Assembly: GCA_020536535.1 (NCBI GenBank)
Contig: JAHLWZ010000791.1
Span: 186,001 to 250,000, forward strand
DNA: 64,000 bases
DNA from: Pelomyxa schiedti
Taxonomy: Eukaryota > Protista > Evosea
Direction: 5' to 3'
Shown here: positions 9,620 through 22,200 of the stretch, in pieces
How positions within the stretch are numbered: the first letter of the stretch is position 1
Layout: each line of letters begins with the position of its first letter
Notes under the pieces: generated by a model
What the model was told of the DNA's origin: nothing
Database searches by the model: none
What the model saw: only the letters and a program-made list of their open reading frames with translations
Program-made: the position numbers and the translations under genes

Positions 9620-12409
9620 ATGGATCCGACACTCGAATGTTGCTCGGAACTCACGCACAGCATCGAGGACATCGAAAGCCTGCTGGTGCTTCTCGTCGAC
9701 GGCACGGCGGCCAATTTCACAGCCACCGGCGGCGGCGGCACGGCGACGTCTACGTCGACGGACGAGCTTGTGTGCCGGCGGCTGAGGGCGGCCCACGTGC
9801 ACATCGCCAGCAACAGGACGAGGTGGCTGACGCTCGTGGACCTGGGGAAGCGGCTGTGGGTCGCCGAGAAACTGGCCGGGCTTGCTGTCCTCATTTCCGC
9901 CGCGGTGTGGCCGGAGGATTCCCCCGGCGACGACCGCGAAGTCACTGGCCGGTGGGTCATTTGCTCCGACACCACTACTAGTCCTAGTCCATCATGTTCA
10001 AGCGCTGGTGTTAATCCGAATGTGAATGAGGCGAGTGTGAGCGTGAGCGTGAGCGTGAGCGAGGATGTGAGCGCGAGTTCGAAGGCAGATGGTGATAAGA
10101 ATGGCGGGAGTTATGGGGATGGCGTTGAGTGTGTGAGAAGGCCTCGATTGCGCGCTCCTAGCGGGTGGATGTTTACGAGGTCATACTGGAAAAGGAAGGA
10201 GAGCGCCAGGGACTTGAGGCTGGCGGCTATTTTGGCCGAAGCGGTACAGTGCCTTGCGGTGGTATGCACGTTTGGTGGGAGGGAGGAGATGGCCTGTTTG
10301 GAGGCACTGGCGAGGGAGCACATGCACCATCACCCGAGAATTCTGATATCTCTGCAGTCTAGCCTATGGAAGATTGCGTTTACTAACAGTGTTAGAACTG
10401 CAGCTGATGCTGCTCGCGACGATTCGTGCCATCAATCTGGCGATGTAATTGCCCAAGTAATTCCACTAGTCGAGAATCTCTCCATACTGTGCCGCCTGGT
10501 GGCAGAGAGCAGCGAGAGGGCAACAGAATCCCTTCTATGTCAATCGGGAGGATTTGGTAGACAGAGGTTGTGCACTGCACTTGATATTGCGCATGGGCTA
10601 TTGAATTGTTGGAGGGGCCGGGAATATCCCTGCGTGTTTTCTGTGGGAGAGTCAATGCAATGGCGATTGGCAGAGGTATTGATGATATGCCTTCAAACTG
10701 GTACTGAATTGGATAAAGCAGCTGAAGTTCTTGAGGAAGCCCTTTACTTTAGCTTAAAGATGCCAGTACTTTTCTCTGCTGTTATTGATACAACCCTGAA
10801 ATTGCTTGCAGATGGCAATGCCCTCCAGAGGGCTGCGCTAAAGTACATTTTCTTATCTCTCTCTGAGGTTGCTGGGCTAGCTGAGATTTCCGAAAAACTT
10901 GTATCGACCCTCCTCTGGGTTATAGTAGAGGAACCAGTAAAGGACTGCAACGATGAAGCGGTTTTGTGTTTACGTAACATGTGCCATAGCTATCCAAGCA
11001 CCACTGGTATGGTCTGCAAGTTTGTAAAAAATCACACCAGAAACTTGGCATCCCTATTGGCTGCGCACGCCGTTCCACAGTTGCTTGACGATGACACAAT
11101 TGTAAGATTGATCACGTGGGCATTTCAAAGGGTATGGTATGGCTCATGTTATGGTACAGTCACTGTATCATTGGCAAAAAAAGGCCCTGGAAAACTCTTT
11201 GAACGCCTTCAAGACCAAACTGTACACTCCCTCCTCACCGTAATTCACGCAACACTCCGCGGCGACATTGGAGGATGTCCGCGCTATCAAGTTTTATCAG
11301 TGATGTCCTCTCTAATTCACCACCCAGCTGCATCTGTGTATCCAGGTGCTGAGGAACTCCTTACAAGCATTCTTCAGAGCAAAGACTACTTCCAAACTCA
11401 CTTCTCAGTTGATTTCCTTGAAGATTACACTGAGTGTATCTGCTACTTGAACATATTACCACAGCCCAGAGTCCTGGCACTTTTACCTTTACTAAGGGAT
11501 TTCCTGCACCGCCTTCCAGAGATTATTCAGCCACTATTTATCATATACTCTCTGAATTTCACGACAAAGAGGAACCAAAGCATAACGTGGATAGAGGAAA
11601 TGGTTCTATCAGAAAGTCTCGGTTCAAAGGAAAATATATTCAAGTATGCCATCATGCATGGCTGTGTTCCAGTCGTGAAGCTTCTTCTATCGCCACTAGG
11701 AAGGATGTCAGCCAATTGCACTGTGCTCAGTTCTGGTTACCACAACGAGATAACACGGGTGTCTGCTATTGAATACACCCTAGAATCCAACTCCCAAAAT
11801 GCACCAGAAATTCTTTCCCTACTGTTATCCCACCCAGAATCCGACCCAAACTTCCAGACTAAAAGGAGTTTTGGTGAGAGTACACCACTGTGCATTGCTC
11901 TCAAGGACTGTGAGCCAAAGTGTATTGAAATGCTTCTCTCTGCCGGGGCTGACTTGGCAAAAAACCCAACCGCTCTCAAATTGGCTGTGTTAAGGGGGAT
12001 ACCTGCAAACATCAAGTTGCTCTTTCAGTATGGGGCAAAGCCCCAAGAGAACTCTTCCTTGCTGTATATGGCACTGGATAGTGACACCTGGAATCGGCTG
12101 AATATTGCCGATATTATCTGGAGGCATGGCTACGTTCTTAGTATGGCAGACTATGAGAAACTAAAATCAAAGGCCCAGTCTAACTGGGTCAAATACACAG
12201 TAGCGGCCAATTGGTCACCCCAGTGTCATAGCCAGTTCTCAAGGCATTTCAAGAAGATACTCAAAACAGTTCTTCTGTGTTGGTTGCACCAATGTGAGAA
12301 CTTGCAAGTCGGTGGTGATCGCGAATATCCATTGGCCCTAATACCGTGCCAAACAATGCATTTAGTGCTTACTTATCTAAAACCGGCTGATTTTATGGAT
12401 AACTCATAG
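9620..12409 (+). CDS. Intronless ARM/HEAT-like plus ankyrin repeat protein (~929 aa) with C-terminal F-box/SOCS-like motif
   Basis: ATG at 9620 (MDPTLECC) inside the longer track ORF 8981-12409. Ankyrin-type motifs GESTPLCIAL..EMLLSAGAD and ALKLAVLRG..KLLFQYGA. C-terminal WSPQCHSQF..LLCWL..LALIPCQTMHLVLTYL. Confidence 0.8.
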   Translation: MDPTLECCSELTHSIEDIESLLVLLVDGTAANFTATGGGGTATSTSTDELVCRRLRAAHVHIASNRTRWLTLVDLGKRLWVAEKLAGLAVLISAAVWPEDSPGDDREVTGRWVICSDTTTSPSPSCSSAGVNPNVNEASVSVSVSVSEDVSASSKADGDKNGGSYGDGVECVRRPRLRAPSGWMFTRSYWKRKESARDLRLAAILAEAVQCLAVVCTFGGREEMACLEALAREHMHHHPRILISLQSSLWKIAFTNSVRTAADAARDDSCHQSGDVIAQVIPLVENLSILCRLVAESSERATESLLCQSGGFGRQRLCTALDIAHGLLNCWRGREYPCVFSVGESMQWRLAEVLMICLQTGTELDKAAEVLEEALYFSLKMPVLFSAVIDTTLKLLADGNALQRAALKYIFLSLSEVAGLAEISEKLVSTLLWVIVEEPVKDCNDEAVLCLRNMCHSYPSTTGMVCKFVKNHTRNLASLLAAHAVPQLLDDDTIVRLITWAFQRVWYGSCYGTVTVSLAKKGPGKLFERLQDQTVHSLLTVIHATLRGDIGGCPRYQVLSVMSSLIHHPAASVYPGAEELLTSILQSKDYFQTHFSVDFLEDYTECICYLNILPQPRVLALLPLLRDFLHRLPEIIQPLFIIYSLNFTTKRNQSITWIEEMVLSESLGSKENIFKYAIMHGCVPVVKLLLSPLGRMSANCTVLSSGYHNEITRVSAIEYTLESNSQNAPEILSLLLSHPESDPNFQTKRSFGESTPLCIALKDCEPKCIEMLLSAGADLAKNPTALKLAVLRGIPANIKLLFQYGAKPQENSSLLYMALDSDTWNRLNIADIIWRHGYVLSMADYEKLKSKAQSNWVKYTVAANWSPQCHSQFSRHFKKILKTVLLCWLHQCENLQVGGDREYPLALIPCQTMHLVLTYLKPADFMDNS

Positions 12410-12441
12410 AAAACCCCTTTGTCAAGGTTCATTTTTTATTA

Positions 12442-13147
12442 TTAATCTCTTGGGTCAATATTCAAACGCTTACAGAGTCCCTTGATTGTGCATTCCTCCA
12501 TTTCAGCTGTGCAGGTTTTTGTTGGAAAGTGAAGCAGAAGCAAAACACCTTACCCAGTTTTCCAAGCAACCCCTATTTCTCTTTTACTTTTTTGAGGTCT
12601 CTTACTCAATGCCCATTAACAGTCATACAAAATGTTTTAATTTATGTAATATTGGATTGTTTTCTGCGGATTTCAAGCCAAATAACCTGAGTGATATCTT
12701 TTATATCATTGTATTCATGCAGTAAGGCTACATGTGCAAGCTTTCTCAATTCCAGTTTCCTGTTTCCGAAACCAACAACAAGAATATCCCGGTTTAAACA
12801 TTTAATCACCATCCTCCTATGCACAAGTCCTTTTATATAAAAAGCAGTACATACTTCTTTTCTTCCTCCAGTGCAGCTATTTGGTTATCAAGCTCGTTGA
12901 CTTGATCCTCCAGAGAGCTCTCCTCTCCCCGCAAATAGTACACAGTAGCAGCAGATTTTTCCCCCTCACCCTCAATTTCTTCCTCAACGCACACACTCTT
13001 CCTCCACACCTGCAACCATTATGTACTCCCCATAAGCAGATGTCCCAAAAAAAAAAAGCATTGTCTCACGTGGGAACTGGCTGTGTTTGTTGTGTCAGAG
13101 TCGGCAGAATCCACAACTACATTACAATGGAAACCAAACGATGTCAT
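12442..13147 (-). CDS. SWI5: Swi5/Sae3 recombination mediator (multi-exon, small)
   Basis: Spliced exons give LEDQVNELDNQIAALEEEKK..HVALLHEYNDIKDITQ|GLLGKL|AEMEECTIKGLCKRLNIDPRD*, matching the Swi5/Sae3 signature LHEYNxIKDxxQxLxGKLA. The start at 13147 is inferred. Confidence 0.8.
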
Positions 13148-13219
13148 TTGATTGCCGGTTTTTTTTTTATTATTATTGTTTTGTCTGTGGATTGTGTCTT
13201 GCGTGATTGTCGATACAGC

Positions 13220-16200
13220 TCAAAGGCGGTATATTTTTGTGATGTGGGTGATTGAGGCGCGGCACCAGGGGCACTTTCTCGGAACAAGGGCGTCTACGCA
13301 GGTCTTGCACATCGTGTGTCCGCATTGTATGGCTGTGTCTGCCTCGTTGATTGTGCATATCTGTTGTTGTATGTTATTGTGCTGTTGTTGGTTCTGTGTG
13401 TGCTACTGGATTGGGTGGAGAGGGATTGTTGGGGTGATTACCTGGCAAATCTTCTGTTGCACTAGTTCGTCTACTTCTTTCTTGTGAGTGGCCATCTCGG
13501 CTCTCATCTTCTCTAGCTGGGCTTTCAGTTGCTGTGATTTAAAAACGCACACGGAAAGAGCAGGACTTGTCAGAAAATGTTTGTAGGTGCAACAAAGCGA
13601 CTACCTTGACTTCTGTTGTGAGTTGCAGATTCGAGTCTAGGAGGTTCCGTGATTCAAGTGACAGAGGTTGCCCAAGGGAGGTCATAATATCACCCACAGC
13701 TGCAATAACTTCATCTGGTCTTACAAACTGAACCGGGGAAGATGAAGGAACAGAGGCTGTAGGTGTGCTTGCAGTAGGACTCGCTGCATTGGACCCCAGT
13801 GTGGTGCTCTTTCAAGTTGAGTTTAGACTTTCATTCAGACAAGTCGGGAGTTACCTTGTCAGTGCTTCTGGGAGAAGATTCGGATTTCAGTATTTTCATT
13901 CCCGTTTTGAAATGGAATATATCGCTGGAAAGAAACCAGCGACAGCAATTTCCTGTATCACTTGTCCCACACACAATTTCCACTCTCCGAATGACCGTTG
14001 TTTTGTCGTACACCTCCTGAAGTACGTGCCCATATCGGAGTGTAAGTGGTTTTGTTGTCCTATAATACTGTCAATTTTAGTGAGCAAGATTAGCCAAAAA
14101 TTACTGGTCAGGCCAGGCTACAATCTCACCATGCAAGAAGGATTTGCATGGTTTAAGAACAAGCATTGGAATGTCGCGTTCACATACAACTTGTCCTGCA
14201 ACACCTCGGTCAATTCCAGCCATTTCCTTAAATGTGGTGGATGCCAAAAATAATTTATCCTGCGGTCAAGTTAGTTGATGATCACCACCCTTTCACGTTG
14301 TACCAAAGATTGTGAGGTAAGGAGAGGGGCTATCGGTAGAACAACGGGTGACTGGATAAGTCTACTCACAGCCACAGACAGTATGTCTTCCACCTAGGAT
14401 TCGAAAAAAAAAAAAAAGTGAACTGGGAGTGAATTCACGTGAGGGTTTCCTACTCTTTGTTTTGTTCCTTGCAGAGATATGTACACTACAGGGGTGTCCA
14501 CAAGTACAGAAGTCCCATCAGAGTCCAGCGTTATGTCTATTTGGCGTGCCCCATTGGGTGCCGGAATACCAAGCGAATTCACAGACAGAAGAAACTGAGA
14601 CTTGAGAGATTCCACAAAAACTATCTTAACTGAAGTCATACAAGGGAAAGGCACTGATTTATACCTTGCAAGATAGCATCAACGAAATGTCCTGAACAGA
14701 TGGAATGCAGGTATCCTCTGGCACATAGGCGGCCAGGACATCTCTTACTGCATGTGCAAATTCGAAGGAACCAATGGTTTTTGTTAAATTGCGGTACGTC
14801 TCGACGAGGTTGGGTATAACAACAGGGGAGAACTTTGGGTCCAACTTCTCGCGGACAACTTTACTGAGCATGCAGATTCCGAGTTGGCGGGCAAGAGATC
14901 GGGAAATACGGGTATGAGTAAATGCTATGTTTACTTTGTTACTAGGTTGCGATAGAATCGTTCTTGGAACAATCCATGGGGCATCGCATAGCAAACAGTG
15001 ATCAATTTGAGTGAGACGACAATTTGTATCAGGAATTCCCATGCCCTGTAGGAGGTTCTGTTTTCCAGTGTGAGCAATATCTTCAATGACTGCCATGAGT
15101 GCGTTTAATTCCATTGGATTGAGAGGATTTTGGGCAAATAGTTGCTTCAGCTGCTTGTTAAAGGACACAAGGTCGTCTATTGAGGGGTGGTCTTTAACTC
15201 CAAGGTTTTGGAAGAAAGTGTCAAACTCTGCAAACGTTCTGGGTACCTAGGAAAAAGAAAGATAGATTATAGTTTAATACACACTACATCTAGGAATGCT
15301 ACCTGATAAATTAAAGGAACATATGACGCAGGAGCCTCAAAATATACTTGGCTGGGGGGTGCAAGGGTGCTTGATCCTACTGGTATCATTGGTAAAGACC
15401 GTAATTGTTGTGCAATATCCGATTGCCAGTTGGTTTTCAAAAACTGAAATATCTTGGTAAAAACAACTTCAATGGGCTCGTCTAAAGTCCAATTATCTGA
15501 TATTGTGTGATGATTTGCCAAAATCTAAGTAACCAACTAACCAAGCAAGTCTTCAGATATTGCCTCCAAATTTTTAATTACGTGGCTCACAGTTGGCATG
15601 GAAAGAATTTTGAGAGGAGCATAAAACCGACTGGGAGGCTGCAGCTCAACAGGGAGAACAGGCATAGTAGCAAACACTAAGAAGTAGTACTCCCGAAGTG
15701 AAAAGTCACGGAATCTTAGCAAGACATCATTGCCTTGAGCATTTTTGAAAGGAATGAATGCTAGAGGACAGTGAGTAATATATTTAGGGGCAGAAGAGTG
15801 AGACCTGCAGAAGACAAGGCTTCGAATAACTCCTCCTTAGGTGTTGACGTGAAAATATTTTGTCGAACATGTTGCACTATAAGATTGGCGACGCGCAGTG
15901 CCCGCATGTCGGGAACTTGTGAATTGGATGCTAATCCATGGAGGCAGGTGATAATGTGTGAGTCATTTAACTTATCAGACATGCCCATTTCATTGAAAAG
16001 TGACAGGTATTGGGGAGTGTCAAACGGGGCCACTGGAAAAGAAGCATTGTAACTTCCTATTGAAGCGTTAGGAACGAGAGAGAAGAGATAAAGACCTTTA
16101 AAAAGTTCAGAAAGTATCTCAATTCTTGGGTCAAATAACTCGGGAGGTTTACGCCATAAAGTCAGATCAGTCTTAACAGGAACCAGCTCAATAGACTTAA

Positions 16201-19200
16201 TTAAGGTTACAAAATCAGTAGATCCACGGCATTGGGGCCAATGGTTCAGTATCCAAAAGAGATGTGCTATGCGGGTGTCTGGAGGCATTGTATGGAAAAC
16301 TGGGAGTATATACTGTTCATAGAGTTTTTGCTGAAGTTTTGTTAGAGGAAAAAATTCCTGAAGAAGGAGTTTACTTCAGAAGCTTTATGTACACCAAGAT
16401 AGGTGTACAGTGGCATCAGTTCGGGGACACACATTAGGAACTTATGTTTTGGTGGAACGAAAAGACCAGCACAACAGTCAGGGTCAACTATAGAGTGTTG
16501 TGACTGAAGGGGAACCATAGCATCACTCCCAATCAATTGAAAGATCGGAAGTCTGGAAATGAGTGATTTCTCTCTCTCCGTTAGCAGTTGCAGGTTTGCT
16601 GCAAAGTACTCAGCAATAAATCTGGCGGCGGCCGGTGGAATGACTGTTATACCAGACAGAGCATGGGCAACTCTTACAACAAGAGGCACTTGTATTGGGG
16701 TGCCCAACATTTTCGTTAGATGGAGCCAGTCGTGGTGTAGAACATGTGCACCTGGGCGGGATTACTGATTGGGTGTATTTATGTATCTTACCTGCACTGA
16801 GGACGGCCACGAGAAGTTCGGCCTCGTCAGCAGGAAGTATAAGCAAATCTGGTAATTTTGATGTACGACAGAGCATATTTCCTTCCAGAGGTATTAGTGT
16901 CCAGTCACCAACAGTGCTTTCAATCTGCCTCCAATCCATCTCGGAAAAGAACAGAAGATCCCATAAGCTTAGGATAAGTAAGATTTCTGATCTTGAGGAA
17001 AAAAGGACTACGTCTTGAGCCAAGCTCCAGAGGGTCTGGCTGTTGGTGTTAAGGGATTCCAGGGCACTGTTGATTGAAGTTTCCAGTCACCAGGAAGAGA
17101 CTTGACCATCCCAATAGCCAAAGTTTCAGGGCTGAATTTCTGAATATTCAAGCATTGCAATATCTAAATGCGAACGTCAATTAATTTAATCAAGGACTTT
17201 CTAGGATACTGTTGGGTCCACTAGAAGTCGGGATAGGTCTGGGTGGGTCGAGCACAGTGGATGCAAAAATAACTGGTTGCTATACCCATCAACTTGAAAC
17301 AGTCGCTGTTCAGCGGTAGTTGCCATAACCATTTGGGTGGAAATAGGGTGGAGTGCTCCAGTTGAATCGGGAAGAAGAGGCAAGGAGCGGTGGGATGAAA
17401 TGAAAGTGGGCAACTTAATATCACTAATGCAGTATGCCAGAAGGGAGCACACAATATCAATTCCTCCATAGGCTTCCACTTGGGTCTTCTTCCTTTGTAA
17501 TGACATTATTGCTGTACGTACTGAATGAGGACTGACTGTGAGAATATCCGTTGGCTGGAGGCTATCCAAAAGAGGTTTTACCACAGCTGAGGGAACTGCA
17601 AATGGATGAAATTGCTGGGCCACAAAAGATGACAGAGAAGTTGGCATGGCTGGATCAGGGAAGGGCAATTTTGTGTAGAGTTCAAATGTGTTTTGGTCCG
17701 TGAGAAAAAGTTTTTTTTTTAGCATAGCTCCATAGAACGACTGTCCACAGCAGGCAAGGAATTCATTTGCTCGTTCTGTTGGCCAGTGTTCATACGACTT
17801 TTGTGGGCTTGTTACACAGTAGTTGCTTGACATTTCATTGAGCAGTTCAACATATATCTCACTTACCATCTGCATTATATAATAATTCCATTCAAGTTGA
17901 CTGTCACCAGAGAGCATAGTAGGTAAACGGAATGAGCCCTCATCTCCAAAAAATAGGTTGCAGTTTATATGAACAGGCAGCATGCTTGGCTTGATAGGGA
18001 ACCCCATGCTAAACAAATGACCAACAGGAGATATCTTCATGAAGTTACACACTATGGCAACAACATAAAAGAAGGTTCACCGTTTCAGTGAGTCCAAGAA
18101 GAAGGGAAACTGAACCATATGGCATTACTCTCCTGTCTGCCGCAATGTTCCTCAATTTCGCACTTCCAACACTCTGTACACCTTAGAAAATTTATTGTCA
18201 TTAGTCATTTGCAATGAAATGGCGACGTAAAAGGAGCAAGATGCTTACTGAGCCACTGGTGAACATAAGTCTCCCGCGAAACTGGCAGAACTGTGATTTT
18301 TGTTACAGTAAAATTGAGCACCGGTGCATATGAGCTGAACATGGAAAAAAATGAGGCACGTTTCATCCATTCCCTATCATAGTGCAATTTTGTGCGGTCA
18401 CCATCAAGACAAGACAAGGAAATTGAAAGTTTTTCATCCAGGCCTGATGGGGAAGTTGTTGATGTAGAAAATTCTTTCAAGTTCGCTGAAACTAATAGCA
18501 ACGGTTCAAAAAAAGCGTGATCAGTTAAGAGCAATCGAAGATCTTCAAGGTCCCTTGCCGGGTTGCTAAGAGGAAGTCGAATGTAAACACATCCAGGTTT
18601 GGGATCCAGAGATGTGAAGGGAGCAAGTTGGTCAGGAAATCGGTTGATAAATTCAATATCGCTAACTCGGTACTGCTGAGCCATATTTTTTGCACTGGCT
18701 GAAGCACGGGAATCCTGAGGACTTAAGTACTTGCCAAGAGGGTCATATAAGAAAAGCATGCCATCAGAAAGAACTTGGACACACTCAGTGATGGAATATG
18801 AACCACTAAGAGTGGCATTATTATTGTTGACATTGAGGAACCGTCCACGAAACTCACACTGAGATACGTGTTCCGAGAGCAGCATGCACAACTCCTCTTG
18901 GCACAAAGAAGTCCCCTTCAAAATTACAAAAAGTGCAGTTCCCTGAAGAGAGAGGAGTAGTGGTGAAAGTAGCGAATGGGTAGGATGTTCCTGTGTGTCC
19001 AACACAAAGGAGACACATTTTGCTGAAGTAATATCCCCCATAGAAACAAGTTGTGCAAGTAACTGCCGTTTGCTTGGAAGATTGGAAGGAATGGCAGGGC
19101 ATTTGATTCTTTCTGACAGCTTACTTTGAGCTATAAGCATTTCCCTAAGCGAGGTAACTCCCAACAGCCGTAATTTCTGTTTGTTGAGAGTTGGGTGTGC

Positions 19201-22200
19201 AATATGAAGTTTCATAGAGGCAACAGAATCTTCAGGTAACCAGTCTGCGTCATGAACTACTAATTCTCTGCTGTTCTTCATGAGGCCATCTAAGTCGGGA
19301 AGTGGTACTGCACCAAGCTGATCTGGTGCAAAATTATCCACTATTGCAGACACTACAGAGAGTTCATTTGGAGATAATGGATATACTCTATGTCTATCAT
19401 ACAGGTTGAGGAGTAACTTTCGGTAGTCCTGGGGTGCAAATACTTTGGGAACCCCAAATAACTGAAACACTGCGGAGAATTGTGTCAGTTCTGAAGTAAT
19501 TGTAAAGAGGAAAGGCTCGGCAGAAATAGGGGCTTCAAATGCTACATGTTGTACTCCCATAAATCTATTTTTAAGGAATATCCAGGGCACAGAATTTAAT
19601 TGAAACCGAAGAGATGGAGTGGACTGCAATGCAGAGTAGAAACGCACAAGTTCCCGCCCAAATAATCCTGCAAACTCATCACTGCACACACTGGTGGGGA
19701 CAGGCCCTTTTCCAGCCATATTTTCCACAATGATCTTCAACTGATTGCACACAACAAGATTGCTGGGAGGAGAATTCCAGCCAAACAAGGTAGTGAATTC
19801 GGTGCAAAATGTCTCTTGTTCAGAATCCAAAATAAAAAGATTATGCGAAACTAGAGCAGCATCAGTCTTGGGCCTGACTTCCTTGGGCTTAGCCAAACCC
19901 TCTGGTGGGGGAGCTCTCCAAGGAGCCCATGCTAATTCACTGGGCTGCGTAGAAATAACAGGCATCCATTCAATATCTAGCAGAGCAGACAGCGCAGGTA
20001 CCGTAGGAGTTTTGTGAAGTAAAGAATCCACAAGCCGGAGGAACTTTTTTGCCCTTCCTAATTTGCGTTTCACGTCCTTGTCTGCAGCAATTGAAGTCGC
20101 AATGAAAGGTAAGTTGTCCACAGAAAGAGTTACATTCAACCCGGCTGAAATAAGTTTGTCTAGCACAGGGAGATAGAAGTCGTCAGGAAAGCACTCACCA
20201 GGAGGGAAAATCTCTCTCACTTGTGAAACACTAGATGAGAAGAGACACTTTGGAGTGCAAAGTTTCTTATTTTGGTTGTGAATAAACTCGTAGTTTCCAA
20301 ATGCGCTCAGGTCTTTGCAGCTGGTGATGATACGGGATATGCCCAATTGCTGTACCTCAAGAGGAACTCCAGTAAGGTTGGGAATAACGAAACGGAGCGC
20401 AAAATCTTGATCATCAAGACAAGGGATGCTAAATTTAGAGACAAGCAAGTCAACAAGATCAGCAGGGACTTTAAGAAAATTTCGAGTGAAGAAGGCATCA
20501 GGAAACCCCTGAGAAGCCAGCATTAACCCTGTCCTGTCTAGAGAAACAAAATCAGGTGCTCCATAAGTTTCAAATAGGGGAAGAAGCCGGAATTGGTTGT
20601 ACTCCTGAGTAGTGAACTCTGCTCCACTAAGATATGTCAAAATGAGTCGCCTTGCACTTGGTGAGCATTTTGAAAATAGCTGGCCTCTTCTTTCGTAAAT
20701 TTGTGAACTGACAAACTTCAAGAAAAGCTGAGGGGTGATGCACGGTGCAAATTTCTCAATGGATGAATGTTTTTCCACCCCATATTCCATGGAAAGTGAT
20801 AGAACTCCAACACAGTTCATGGCAGCCTTAAGATCAGGTGGCAGAGAAGCTGTGTTGAATACATTACAACCCTTGAGATGGAAGAAAGTTCCCGTCTCTG
20901 TGGGCAGTACAGGAAGGTCCTCAAAACTGGTCAACTGTTTGTCTGGAAGTGACCATTCCCAGAACAGTTGTATCCATGGTTGGTTCAGGGTAGTTTTATT
21001 AACAAATTGAGCAAGAAGGTTTGGAGTCAGAAATTTGATATTTGAAAGTGTGGAAAAAGTAGACTCCCTGAAGAGCTCTACATTAATGCCATCTACAGCT
21101 AAAATTCTGGAAGGCAAGTGTGGAAGAAGTTTCTGTTCGAGGGGTGATGCAATAAATACACTTTCACTCCTAGTATCGCCTATACATTTCAAAGTCCCAT
21201 CTAAAGCAGGGAGAAGGGGCAATCCAATAAGTTGTTGAAATTTTGCTTTTTCTATCTCCCCGTTTCGGAAGTCACTCACACAAAAGTTCAGTACAGCCTT
21301 CGCATTTTGAACTGTACCAATCGTTCTTGTGACATTTTTCGCTTTTTGAAGTATACCCCGCACAAAATCAGGAGTGCACATAGGGGTACCAATAGGTGCA
21401 AAAAGATCAATAACATGCTGAGGCGCCACAACAACTGGAGGACCACACAGAGCGCAAATTTGAGCCACAGTGTTGGTCTCCTGACAGCTAGTGACAGGCT
21501 GAAATACAGAGGTTTCTGGGCTAACCCATCGGCCATCTGCTGCATGCAAGATTGGGAGGGTGAACAGTGCCTTTGCTACACTTTCTATCATGGATTTCCA
21601 AGGTGGTGTTGGCATTTTTTCAGGGAAGAGTGTGTAAATGTCGTTTACCAGATCTTTGCATTGTACTACTAGCTCGGAATATGCATTTACCACTGCATCA
21701 CCAATAAGTGCATGATTCCACAGCGATTTTCCTTGAATCTCTCCTGAAACATCTTCACCAAGCCACAAGTCACGCCTGTTCCTTGACAACTCGAAAAAGC
21801 CATTAATGTGTATAGGCAGGCTGGTGGTGCAAGGCAGGGGTAAAAAGCAATACAAACGCCCAGCATCAGGTGTATTTGAATCAATTCTACAAGCAGCACC
21901 AGCAAGGGGAACGAGTTTTAGAGGGAGATTACGCAGTTCTCTTGCTTGAGTAAGGGAGTCTGATTTCCCGAGGCAGGAGGAAACCCGCCATTTGCTTTCT
22001 TTAGGGGGTGCAGTTCCTTCCACTGATGAGATAGTAACTGTTGATGTGTGGCTAACAACTTTCTTTCCCTTGGGTGCTGCAAGTAACGTAAGATAATCAG
22101 GAGTCTTAATGAATGCAGAGACTGCGTTCATTGGAGGGTCACGACTTATAGTACATTTAAAAATGGTTGTAGGGTGGCCTGGAGTCATTCTCAGACATAC

